From: Dehalococcoidia bacterium | Lineage (GTDB): Bacteria > Chloroflexota > Dehalococcoidia > Lucifugimonadales > UBA3495 | Length of the DNA stretch: 64,000 bases | Assembly (NCBI GenBank): GCA_965203985.1 | Contig: CBDBDS010000002.1 | Span: forward strand, 612,809 to 676,808 | Direction of reading: 5' to 3' | In this document: piece after piece, positions 1 to 7,795 of the stretch | How positions within the stretch are numbered: position 1 is the first letter of the stretch | Layout: the number at the start of each line of letters is the position of its first letter | The notes under the pieces: generated by a model | What the model was told of the DNA's origin: nothing | The model's input: only the letters and a program-made list of their open reading frames with translations | Databases searched by the model: none | Translations under genes and position numbers: made by a program

Positions 1-715
1 GTTGGTTTTAACATACCATGCTGTTGTCCGTGGCAATATGCCGCCCTGCGGTTCAATCAAGACATCCGCCGTCATGGTCACCAGGCTGAACCAACCAAAG
101 AGTGTGGGGGTGGTTCTGGCGATGGCCCGCTCGGACCACCCGGGGCTGGCCGATCTGACCCGGCCGGCGGGGCGGCGCTGGCTGGTACGGGGACGCGTCC
201 TAGCGACGCAGACAGTCCAGCATCTGCTGAGCGTAGTCGGCGAACCGCTTATGGCGATGCCCCTTCTGCCAGCCATAGCGGCCCGATGGCGCCAGCGCGG
301 TCAGGAAGGGCAACGCCCAGTGGCGGCCGGCCCACCCGACGCGGGTCAGCAACAGCAGGCTGACCCATTTCAGTTCCGGCGTCATCACTACCTGGTCGTC
401 GGTGGAACGCACCGGGTCTCGGTACCTCCCCTTGGCCATAATCTTCCGACCCCGGCGCCGCTCGATAGTCTCGCCAACGCCGAAAACCAACGGCGCGTCG
501 GTGGGGCACAACCGCTCAACCAACAGCAGCAGCAACGCCCGGCTCAGCTGTGGCGGCTGCCATCGGGCCCGGTTGAGCGCCTGGTGAACGATGGCGAAGT
601 CGCCGTGCTGGCCAATCCCACCAACCAGGAGTTGGGCGTTGCGTCAGGTCCGGCGCTCGAATAGATGCTCAAAGGGCAACAGCATGGTTACAACGACGGC
701 GGGCCGGGCAGGCAT
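1..715 (-). pseudogene. Degenerate DDE transposase relic (IS701/IS4-like family), runs off the left edge
   Basis: Minus-strand translation gives family-typical blocks in three pieces. 'MPARPAVVVTMLLPFEHLFERRT' is followed by an in-frame TGA (646-644). Next comes 'GDFAIVHQALNRARWQPPQLSRALLLLLVERL...GETIERRRGRKIMAKGRYRDPVRS...WALPFLTALAPSGRY...QQMLDCLRR', ending at TAG (202-200). A different frame then continues 'WSERAIARTTPTLFGWFSLVTM...RTTAWYVKTN' to position 1. The middle of the protein is missing. The family name is from memory of these motifs. Confidence 0.6.
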
Positions 716-1033
716 GCTTGACCTCGTGTAGTGATTTGGTCAAGCTTACCCTGCCCTTAGTCGAGGCTCAGCGGCATAGTTGTTGCTGGGCGCGGCTACC
801 TCGTCAGGCCATCGACGTCCACGTCGGCAAACGGGTGCTCTGCCAATCGGGCGACCCATGAGCGGGAGCCGCGGTCCCGACTGGTCGAGGCCAGGCGGCG
901 ACAAAACTTGTTACCGCCTGTTGCGTCACCGAGGTCTGGGCGACCGGTTGGGCGGCCACACCCTCTTATGATGGACAAACGCATGATAATATGATATCAC
1001 TTGCTAAATTGATGACACGGCAGGTTTCCCGCG

Positions 1034-2626
1034 TTGGCTGAACCGGAGACTCCCCGGGATCGGGTGATAGTACACCGGATCCGTAACGGCGATACCTACG
1101 AGGCTATCGGCAGCGATTGCGGCATCACCCGACAGCGGGTACAGCAGATCGCCGAGCGGTATGGCGTCACGCCGCTGCGCGCGGAGGACAGGCCCCTGAC
1201 CGAAAATGAGCTTGCGGTGGCCCGGCTGCTGCAATCCGAGCCGAGGCTGTCCTACCGTGAACTGGCCGAGCAGACGGGGTTGTCGCAGCGACACGTGCGT
1301 CGCATCGCCGATAAAGCAGGCGTAGCCTGGATGCGCCGACCGGTGTACCGGCGGGGCATCCACCGCTGGGACTACGACGAAGACGCCGGCACCGGCTGCT
1401 GGGTCTGGCGACATGGCAAGTCGGCCCACGGGCACGGCCGGCTGAACGTGGGAAACGGAAGATCAGAATACGCCCACCGATTCGCGTACGAGCAGCATCA
1501 CGGTCCATTTCCGTCGCGAGCATCCATCATCCACGACTGCGGAAACTACTCCTGCGTCAATCCGGAACACCTGAGTATGGAATTGGCCTCGGCTAATGTC
1601 GCAATGGCCCAGCGAGCCGCTCCCGAACGGATTACAGCCGACGGGGCCGAGGATGAATTGTTGCCGACCTCCTTCAGCGCGCCCCACGTCTCCGGGGAAT
1701 CCCGGGACATCTCGGAATTGGCGACACCTGACGACTATCCGGGATTTGAGGTTGTTCACGCCGTAGAGCCGACGATTACAAGCGGGCCACGTCGACGGGT
1801 CACCATGGCCCTGGTGTACGACTTCGACGGCACTCTGGCGCCGGGCAACATGCAGGAGCGGCAGTTCATTCCCGACGTTGGCATGACCCCCAACCAGTTC
1901 TGGACGGAGGTGGATCGCCTCTCCAGGGACAACCAGGCCGACCGCATCCTCATGTACATGTACTACATGCTGCGGAAGGCCGGTGAGCAGGGCGTTCCGG
2001 TGCGGCGGGAAGACTTCAAAGAGCGCGGCCAGTGGCTGGAGTATTTCCCCGGTGTGCTTGGATGGTTCAATCGCATCAGCGACTACGGAAGGAGCCGGGG
2101 CGTGCGCGTCGAGCACTACATCGTGTCCTCGGGCAACGGGGAGATCATCGAGGGCACGCCGGTGGCGAACCTGGTGGACCGGATCTACGCCTCCCGGTTC
2201 CTGTTCGACCAGAACGGGGTGGCGGTGTGGCCGGCGCTGGCGGTAAATTACACCACCAAGACCCAGTTCCTGTTCCGTATCAACAAGGGGGCCCACGACC
2301 TGAGCGACGATGCCGTCGTCAACCGGTTCGTCAGGCAGGAAGACCGGCCGGTGCCCTTCGCGAACATGGTGTACATTGGGGACGGGGAAACCGACGTGCC
2401 CTGCTTCCGGCTGGTGAAAGATCTGGGCGGGCTCTCGGTGGCGGTGTTCCCGCCGCGCACCAGGAACGCCCGGCAGAACGCCCAGCGGTTCGTGGACGAG
2501 GGAAGAGTCCATTGCGTGGCCCCGGCGGACTACACGGAAGACAGCCCGCTGGACCGCATCATCAGGGCCAACGTGGACATGCTGGCCAACCGGGAAGCGC
2601 TGGGCCGGGTGATGGGCCGAGCCTGA
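1034..2626 (+). CDS. Fusion protein: two HTH modules + HNH endonuclease + C-terminal HAD-superfamily hydrolase domain
   Basis: 530-codon ORF with a TTG start (GTG at 1064 is also possible). 'GDTYEAIGSDCGITRQRVQQIAERYG' and 'LSYRELAEQTGLSQRHVRRIADKAG' look like HTH units. 'CWVWRHGKSAHGHGRLNVGNGRSEYAHRFAYEQHHG...IIHDCGNYSCVNPEHL' is a phage-type HNH pattern. From an internal ATG at 1805, 'MALVYDFDGTLAPGNMQE...YIGDGETDVPCF' gives HAD motifs I (DxDGT) and IV (GDGxxD). Confidence 0.7.
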   Translation: MAEPETPRDRVIVHRIRNGDTYEAIGSDCGITRQRVQQIAERYGVTPLRAEDRPLTENELAVARLLQSEPRLSYRELAEQTGLSQRHVRRIADKAGVAWMRRPVYRRGIHRWDYDEDAGTGCWVWRHGKSAHGHGRLNVGNGRSEYAHRFAYEQHHGPFPSRASIIHDCGNYSCVNPEHLSMELASANVAMAQRAAPERITADGAEDELLPTSFSAPHVSGESRDISELATPDDYPGFEVVHAVEPTITSGPRRRVTMALVYDFDGTLAPGNMQERQFIPDVGMTPNQFWTEVDRLSRDNQADRILMYMYYMLRKAGEQGVPVRREDFKERGQWLEYFPGVLGWFNRISDYGRSRGVRVEHYIVSSGNGEIIEGTPVANLVDRIYASRFLFDQNGVAVWPALAVNYTTKTQFLFRINKGAHDLSDDAVVNRFVRQEDRPVPFANMVYIGDGETDVPCFRLVKDLGGLSVAVFPPRTRNARQNAQRFVDEGRVHCVAPADYTEDSPLDRIIRANVDMLANREALGRVMGRA

Positions 2627-2657
2627 AATCCAGCCCTCAGATGTAGATATTCGCAGA

Positions 2658-3113
2658 TTGCCGGAGGTTAGTGTGACAGTCCAGGAGCAGGTGATGAATG
2701 AGATCAGGCGGATGAGCGTGGCCGACCTGGTGGACCTGGTGCGGGCCATTTCCAACGAGATGGGAACTCCTGGAGGGAATACCGAAGCCACTGTCCGGCA
2801 ACCCGAACCGGTTGCCGCGCGGTCCGGCGGCGGGGTATCGCTCCGCGACTTCGCAAACGACAGGATCGGGACCATTTCGGCGGTGCGGGAGGCGACCGAT
2901 CTTCGGTTGCGGGAAGCCCGTGAATTGTTGGAGAACGCTCCGGCGAGGATTGCTCAGGGATATCCAAGGGCCACAGGTTCTACAGTATCCGACGACTGGG
3001 AGGACGGGACGGAGGCGGCCGGGGTTCCCGCCGTGCCCAAGTCGCCGCTGCCTCAGGGCACGGCAGCAGCCGAAGCTCATCTGCCGGAAATGCCACCTGC
3101 GGAGGAAGCGTAA
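2658..3113 (+). CDS. Divergent ribosomal protein bL12 (L7/L12)-like paralogue with a non-canonical C-terminal tail
   Basis: 'QVMNEIRRMSVADLVDLVRAISNEMG' parallels the bL12 N-terminal dimerisation region (E. coli '[26 protein letters not shown]'). 'IGTISAVREATDLRLREARELLENAPARIAQG' parallels the CTD core ('[32 protein letters not shown]'). The end of the canonical CTD is replaced by a Pro/Ala/Glu-rich tail. GGAGG at 2663-2667 favours the in-frame GTG at 2673 as start. The gene is not adjacent to rplJ or any ribosomal operon. Confidence 0.65.
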   Translation: MPEVSVTVQEQVMNEIRRMSVADLVDLVRAISNEMGTPGGNTEATVRQPEPVAARSGGGVSLRDFANDRIGTISAVREATDLRLREARELLENAPARIAQGYPRATGSTVSDDWEDGTEAAGVPAVPKSPLPQGTAAAEAHLPEMPPAEEA

Positions 3114-3150
3114 CGGACGCCCTTCGGTCTTCAGATCAACTGCGGTCCGG

Positions 3151-3399
3151 CTACCATTCGTAATTGCCGTAGCGGTCCCCGTAGCGCCGTTTCTTGCCGG
3201 CGAGCACGGCGCTGTACTCGCCCAGCCGGAGGGAGCGGCGTGTGCGCCGGCGGTAATCCCGGTGCTCGCGGAGGCCGGTCACCCGGTCGTCCCGGGCCAG
3301 TTCCACACCCAGGTCGCGGTAGCCGTCGCGTACCCGTTCGACGTACTGACTGGTTTCAACTGCCCTGCGAGTGGGCTGTTTTCGAAAGGTCCTGCTCAT
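3151..3399 (-). CDS. Small Arg-rich hypothetical protein
   Basis: The ORF 3151..3426 has an internal start 'MSRTFRKQPTRRAVE...'. No recognisable domain. It is divergent from the 3545 promoter patch. Confidence 0.35.
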   Translation of the reverse strand: MSRTFRKQPTRRAVETSQYVERVRDGYRDLGVELARDDRVTGLREHRDYRRRTRRSLRLGEYSAVLAGKKRRYGDRYGNYEW

Positions 3400-3544
3400 G
3401 ACAAATCCAACGTACCACGCGGGCATTACCCAAACATTACCTTCGGCTCTCGGCGCAACGGCGCTGGCGTCGCACCGCGGGCGCCGCTGCCGGCGTAAAG
3501 CGCGCGGAAAAAGTTAAAACTTCTCGAATATCATTTTTTTTGTA

Positions 3545-3573
3545 TTGACATGACAGCGGTAAAGTGGTAAAGT
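3545..3573 (+). promoter_or_regulatory. Sigma70-type promoter with extended -10 and an upstream T-run
   Basis: TTGACA (3545-3550), 17 nt spacer, TAAAGT (3568-3573), with TG at 3565-3566. A T-run at 3534-3541 lies immediately upstream. This is a conspicuous AT-rich patch in GC-rich DNA, oriented toward the ATG at 3673. Confidence 0.5.
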
Positions 3574-3672
3574 CCCTTTCAACGATCAGTCCGAGCGACG
3601 GAGTTGCCGCCATCGAGAGCCGCTAAACCCGTCCCCAGCACTGACGGAATCTAACTCCGAGGTGAGCCACGC

Positions 3673-4092
3673 ATGGCTACCCCACTTTCCGCGTATGACG
3701 CGGCACCGCTTCCCCCACCCTCGCCGGCGCCTCTGGCCGTTTACCTGGTGGCCGACGGCGTTCCCACCGAAATCGAAGGCATTGACGACTTCGATATCAC
3801 CGTGGACAACCCCGCCAGCGAGGGCGCTGATGCTCCCGAGATGGACATCACCCTGGATTACGACCCGTCCAATCCCCAGCACCGGGCCCTGATTGCGGCC
3901 GGCGAGGGCGGCACCGTGACCATCCGCGTCGCTACCCGCGACCCTCACGGCGTGGCCATTGCGTGCCGTGAGATGGACTGCACCGTGGTGCGCTACCGCC
4001 TGTCCATGGACGAGCGGTTCCGCGACGACACCAAGCGCCTGCGGGTCAACTTCGACCTGGAGGCCGTGGGCGAAATCCGCATCATCGGCTGA
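3673..4092 (+). CDS. Hypothetical small protein, paralogue A of a tandem pair
   Basis: 139 aa with a GAGG RBS. Shares colinear blocks with the 4330 ORF: 'VYL..D..P..I.G..DF..TV.NP', 'ITLDYDP', 'L.AAGE', 'R.A.RD..G', 'DC.V.R'. No family recognised. Confidence 0.7.
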   Translation: MATPLSAYDAAPLPPPSPAPLAVYLVADGVPTEIEGIDDFDITVDNPASEGADAPEMDITLDYDPSNPQHRALIAAGEGGTVTIRVATRDPHGVAIACREMDCTVVRYRLSMDERFRDDTKRLRVNFDLEAVGEIRIIG

Positions 4093-4164
4093 CGCCTGGT
4101 TGGGGAGAGTGGCCCGCGGGGATGCGCCAGTGCGCCCCGTGGCCGGACGGAGCGTCTTCGGCGG

Positions 4165-4180
4165 TTCACCCTGGGGTGAA
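4165..4180. promoter_or_regulatory. Perfect 16-bp palindrome TTCACCCTGGGGTGAA downstream of paralogue A
   Basis: Read directly from the sequence. Same architecture as the palindrome at 4855-4870 (TTSACCC-NN-GGGTSAA). Could be a hairpin or a dimeric-protein site. The sequence is certain, the function is not. Confidence 0.4.
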
Positions 4181-4329
4181 TTGCAGGCTCTCCGCATCTC
4201 CCGCTTCCGGCACGGTCCTCAGTTCAAACCGCGGACCGGCCGGTGGCCGCTCTCCCAAGCCTTCCCCTGGCCGAGGCGGTCGCGCTTTCCGGTTGAAATG
4301 CGCCGCCTTCGCCACTGCGAGGAAATTCA

Positions 4330-4818
4330 ATGACAACGCAACCCAATACCGACCCGATGACCGTGTACCTGTTGCTCGAAGACGAGGAGCCGGTGGCGAT
4401 CCCGGGCGTCGTCGATTTCAACCTCACGGTGGAGAACCCTGAAGTAGCCGAGGAGCGCGAGGACGCTCGCCGGGTGAATCCCCGCCGGGCGCAGCAATTG
4501 CGACGGCGCCGCCGCGCCAACCCGGGCGACCTGAGCATCACCCTGGACTATGACCCCTGCGACTGGGTCCACCAGGAACTGCTGGCCGCAGGCGAAGACG
4601 ATGGACGCATCGCGCTGCGCATCGCCGTGCGTGACGGCATGGGCGCAACCGTTGCCGTCCAGGATGTGGACTGCTCCGTGCTCCGCCTCAGCATTTCGTT
4701 CCGCAAGCGGAACCGGCGCCGCCAGCAGGACGACGGAAGCCTCTACCAATTGGAGGCCGAGCTGCGCCTGCAGCGCCACGGCGACTTCCGCGACGTGGAC
4801 GTCGCCGGCGTCGGTTGA
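4330..4818 (+). CDS. Hypothetical small protein, paralogue B of a tandem pair (with an Arg-rich insertion)
   Basis: 162 aa with a GAGGA RBS 6 nt upstream. Colinear similarity to 3673..4092. It carries extra basic inserts 'RRVNPRRAQQLRRRRRA' and 'RKRNRRRQQ'. Confidence 0.7.
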   Translation: MTTQPNTDPMTVYLLLEDEEPVAIPGVVDFNLTVENPEVAEEREDARRVNPRRAQQLRRRRRANPGDLSITLDYDPCDWVHQELLAAGEDDGRIALRIAVRDGMGATVAVQDVDCSVLRLSISFRKRNRRRQQDDGSLYQLEAELRLQRHGDFRDVDVAGVG

Positions 4819-4854
4819 CGCCTCACGCTTTCACCCTGAATTGACCCCTTCCGG

Positions 4855-4870
4855 TTGACCCCAGGGTCAA
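4855..4870. promoter_or_regulatory. Perfect 16-bp palindrome TTGACCCCAGGGTCAA downstream of paralogue B
   Basis: Read directly from the sequence. Preceded by extra half-site-like copies: TTCACCCTGAA (4830-4840) and TTGACCCC (4841-4848). Confidence 0.4.
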
Positions 4871-4998
4871 CCCCCGTCTAACCGCGCTGGGCCAACGGAC
4901 TCCGCGCCGGGCTACCCCGCGTTTGCCCAGGCAAGGCGACGTATCGCCCGACCCTCTGATTCCCACGGTCTGCATGAGCGCACCACGAGGAACTGAAG

Positions 4999-5208
4999 AT
5001 GAAAAACAAGACCACGGCGGCCATCCTGGCATTTCTGCTGGGCGGATTTGCCGCCGACCAGTTCTACCTGAACGAAACGCCCAAGCGGCTCTGGTGGCTG
5101 CTCTTGCCGCCGGTGGCCGGCGTGCTGGCGCTGATCGCCTCCATCCGATACGTCACCATGTCGGAGGTAGAGTTCGACCGCCGCTACAACAGCACGGCCA
5201 TCGAATGA
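4999..5208 (+). CDS. TM2 domain-containing small membrane protein
   Basis: 'NKTTAAILAFLLGGFAADQFYLN' matches the typical TM2-domain opening, followed by a second hydrophobic helix. 69 aa. Confidence 0.8.
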   Translation: MKNKTTAAILAFLLGGFAADQFYLNETPKRLWWLLLPPVAGVLALIASIRYVTMSEVEFDRRYNSTAIE

Positions 5209-5215
5209 CGAAACG

Positions 5216-5251
5216 CGGCCCTGTTCTTGAGCATCAGCAACAGGGCCGTTT
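5216..5251 (+). terminator. Hairpin terminator closing the 3673-5208 unit
   Basis: 10-bp perfect stem CGGCCCTGTT / AACAGGGCCG (5216-5225 / 5239-5248) followed by TTT. It overlaps the first ATG of the tracked ORF 5227, which argues for a later start for that ORF. Confidence 0.5.
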
Positions 5252-5298
5252 CCATCAGGTCACCGGCATATCGTGATCCGCGCAGCAGGATAGAGGAC

Positions 5299-5676
5299 AT
5301 GCGCAAACCGAGGAATTCCAGCCTTGAGAGGCGATACGAGGCCGAACCGGTCGACATCGGCGATTGCGCACCCATATCAGACGCGATGGAACGGAGAATC
5401 TGGCGTGCGACCAGGAGGTTGCGGAGGTCCACCAAGAAAGCGAAAAAAGCGATGAAGGCGGTGAAGGCGACTCAAGGATCCACCGCAGGACGCTCGACCA
5501 TCCGGCCTGTCACAACCATCAGGTTCCTGATCTCCAACACCAGGAACCTGGAACTGAAAACCTACTACGACGTGGCACGGCTCTATCCCGAGCGCCAGAG
5601 CATCCACATCGAGTTCACCAAAGAGGAAATTGCGAATGGCAGTCCCGCCAAACGGTGGCTGGTGGTAACGATCTGA
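5299..5676 (+). CDS. Hypothetical protein
   Basis: The ORF 5227..5676 trimmed to the ATG at 5299 (AGGA/GAGG upstream, outside the terminator hairpin). Lys-rich middle 'KKAKKAMKAVKA'. No family recognised. The opposing 296-aa ORF looks like a shadow. Confidence 0.45.
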   Translation: MRKPRNSSLERRYEAEPVDIGDCAPISDAMERRIWRATRRLRRSTKKAKKAMKAVKATQGSTAGRSTIRPVTTIRFLISNTRNLELKTYYDVARLYPERQSIHIEFTKEEIANGSPAKRWLVVTI

Positions 5677-5778
5677 AACCGGCCACTGTGCCCACATCCC
5701 GCGGACATCGCGGAACTGGAACAACCGATACGCACCGCCGACCGAACCATCGGGGGCGTGCAGCATGGAGTGAAGATT

Positions 5779-6354
5779 ATGACAGCGCGACGCAAATTGG
5801 CAGATTTCCTGCCGGATGATTTGACCATCGACGACTTCGTTCGGGAATTCAGAGAGGAGACATACCTTGATAAAAAGGCGGCGTTGGCATACCTGCTGCT
5901 CAAGGGAGACGTGCATGCATTCACGGTCCGCCTGCCCGTAAAAGACGCAGACGTGGAGGATGAAACGGTAGAGCGGCCGGAACGCCGCGGCACCCGCCTG
6001 GCGGTCAATACCAGCGATACCTTCGCATGGGGCTACTCCAACTTCGACGATTTTGCATCGGACGGCGATACCCAAGGTGACCTCTACTTGTTGCTGACGC
6101 TCACCTTGGACAATCCCAAATGGGGCGCCACCAAGTGGATTTGCATCAAGGAACAGTCGCACCCGCAGTCGCCCATCGTGCGAGACATGATCGCCGAAGG
6201 CGTCTGGGACGAAACCATGCGGGCGCTGCCGCACAACGAGGGCGATGATTCCTGCTGCGACTGGCACCGCGAGATGGCCGAGGAAAATCGTCGATGGACG
6301 CCGGAACAGGAGCGGTTGCCTCCCGTCACGTTCGATGATTGGCGTCGAGTTTGA
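5779..6354 (+). CDS. Hypothetical protein
   Basis: The ORF 5758..6354, with GGAG 9 nt before the ATG at 5779. Protein-like composition (acidic, Trp/Cys pairs 'SCCDWHREM'). No family recognised. Confidence 0.55.
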   Translation: MTARRKLADFLPDDLTIDDFVREFREETYLDKKAALAYLLLKGDVHAFTVRLPVKDADVEDETVERPERRGTRLAVNTSDTFAWGYSNFDDFASDGDTQGDLYLLLTLTLDNPKWGATKWICIKEQSHPQSPIVRDMIAEGVWDETMRALPHNEGDDSCCDWHREMAEENRRWTPEQERLPPVTFDDWRRV

Positions 6355-6445
6355 CGATTGGCGTCATCTCTCCACGCGTGATTCTGTTCGGCTCTTATCC
6401 CCGATATAGCGGCATTGCCACCGATGGTGAACGGAGCGAAAACTC

Positions 6446-6778
6446 ATGGCGACTTACATCGACGGAGAGGATTTCTGGCGACAGAGATTTAAACAAAACC
6501 GCGTGCTTCGCAGGTGGGAGTTGCAAAAGCTGCTCAAGGAACTGGAGAACCCGGGGAAACGGCAGTCGGCGTTGCGCACGGCGAAGTGTTGGTTCGACGC
6601 CAACAGCGCGGAAGAGCTGCAAGCCCTTCTCGACGCCATGCCCAAGCCCAGGACCATCGCCAAGCGCGGCAAGAAAGGCCGGCGTCCGTGGGTGGTTCTC
6701 GAGGAAGAAGATGCTGAGTGGACCGAGCGTTCCGTCCCGCGGCAAGAAGCGGCGGATCGGAGATGCCCGGCGAAGTAG
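6446..6778 (+). CDS. Hypothetical basic protein
   Basis: 110-aa ORF. No family recognised. Coding assignment rests on strand consistency with its neighbours. Confidence 0.4.
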   Translation: MATYIDGEDFWRQRFKQNRVLRRWELQKLLKELENPGKRQSALRTAKCWFDANSAEELQALLDAMPKPRTIAKRGKKGRRPWVVLEEEDAEWTERSVPRQEAADRRCPAK

Positions 6779-7026
6779 CACGTACCGACAAAACGGCTGG
6801 GCGCCGGATGAATGCCATCCGAAAGACACGCTGCGCCACGCAAGAGGAGAAACGAACTGACCGGGGAGATACCGGGGGATGGGACAACCGGCTTACCAGC
6901 AATATACCTCCGGCGTTGGTAGATCGCATTGCGCGATACCAAATGCTTGGGGGTGGGAATCGACTCGTCGGTGATGAGTAACGTTCCGGTTTGGCCAACC
7001 GGGTCGCGCACCGTGGAGATGGCCCA

Positions 7027-7743
7027 ATGATCAGTGTTGTTATCGAGGTCCTGGGTAGAGCTCTGGATGCTCTGGAGGGAGACGGTGTAGCTTCGTCTCC
7101 GCACAGTTACGCCTTCCATTGCGGCGAGGCCGGGGGCATCGCCGCCGCCTGTGGCGCCCTGGGCGTCAGCGCGGAAGAACTGTGCGACGACATATCGGAC
7201 GCCTACGAAGACGCCGACATGGGCGCAATGCGCGACATCCTGGACGAGCTGGAAAGCCGCCGCCGGCGGGGTGAGCCGGATCATGACTGCGTGGAATGGC
7301 GGGAGACGCCGGCGACCGAGTTCGATGCGGCGTTGGGCGAGGCGTTGCGAGCGATGGACGCCGGCGACGCCGTGCGATACGCGCTGATGATCGGGTTCAC
7401 GGCGGGCCTGATGTACCAGCACCAGGATCCCCAGGGTGATCCCTATGGCCCAGTCCGCGACAAGTTAATCAGGGGATACCGGGAGGGCTCCGATGAACTG
7501 CTAGCGCAGGCTCGGGGCACCCTCGGCTTTGCCACCCGGTTCACCGACCCGGCATCGTTCCGGAGCAACGCTGAGGCCCGCCGCATCTACGCGACGATGT
7601 TTGAGAGAATGCGCTGGGTGCAGAACTTCGGACTGCGGAAAGCCCGCGCCGGCGATGAGACTGTCTATGCCCAACGATACCTGTGGATCAACTACCGGCT
7701 TTCCCAACAGGAGGAACCGGAAACTGGTGATTTGTCTGGGTGA
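7027..7743 (+). CDS. Hypothetical protein
   Basis: The ORF 6991..7743, with GGAG 9 nt before the ATG at 7027. No family recognised. Confidence 0.5.
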   Translation: MISVVIEVLGRALDALEGDGVASSPHSYAFHCGEAGGIAAACGALGVSAEELCDDISDAYEDADMGAMRDILDELESRRRRGEPDHDCVEWRETPATEFDAALGEALRAMDAGDAVRYALMIGFTAGLMYQHQDPQGDPYGPVRDKLIRGYREGSDELLAQARGTLGFATRFTDPASFRSNAEARRIYATMFERMRWVQNFGLRKARAGDETVYAQRYLWINYRLSQQEEPETGDLSG

Positions 7744-7795
7744 ACCAAGGAGCCATTCGTTGGAATCGTCCGGCGCCCATGAGTTCGGGGATGCT

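Noticed and set aside
2-664. The 220-aa plus-strand ORF at the window start
   Set aside because: It lies opposite the recognisable transposase blocks on the minus strand and has a low-complexity Gln/Arg/Pro-rich product. It is a shadow ORF.
3673-4818. Calling the tandem paralogues phage tail-tube or Hcp-like proteins
   Set aside because: There are only vague pattern resemblances (size, beta-rich look, tandem duplication). No sheath, baseplate or other structural genes are nearby, and I could not match any signature motif. They are left as unknown.
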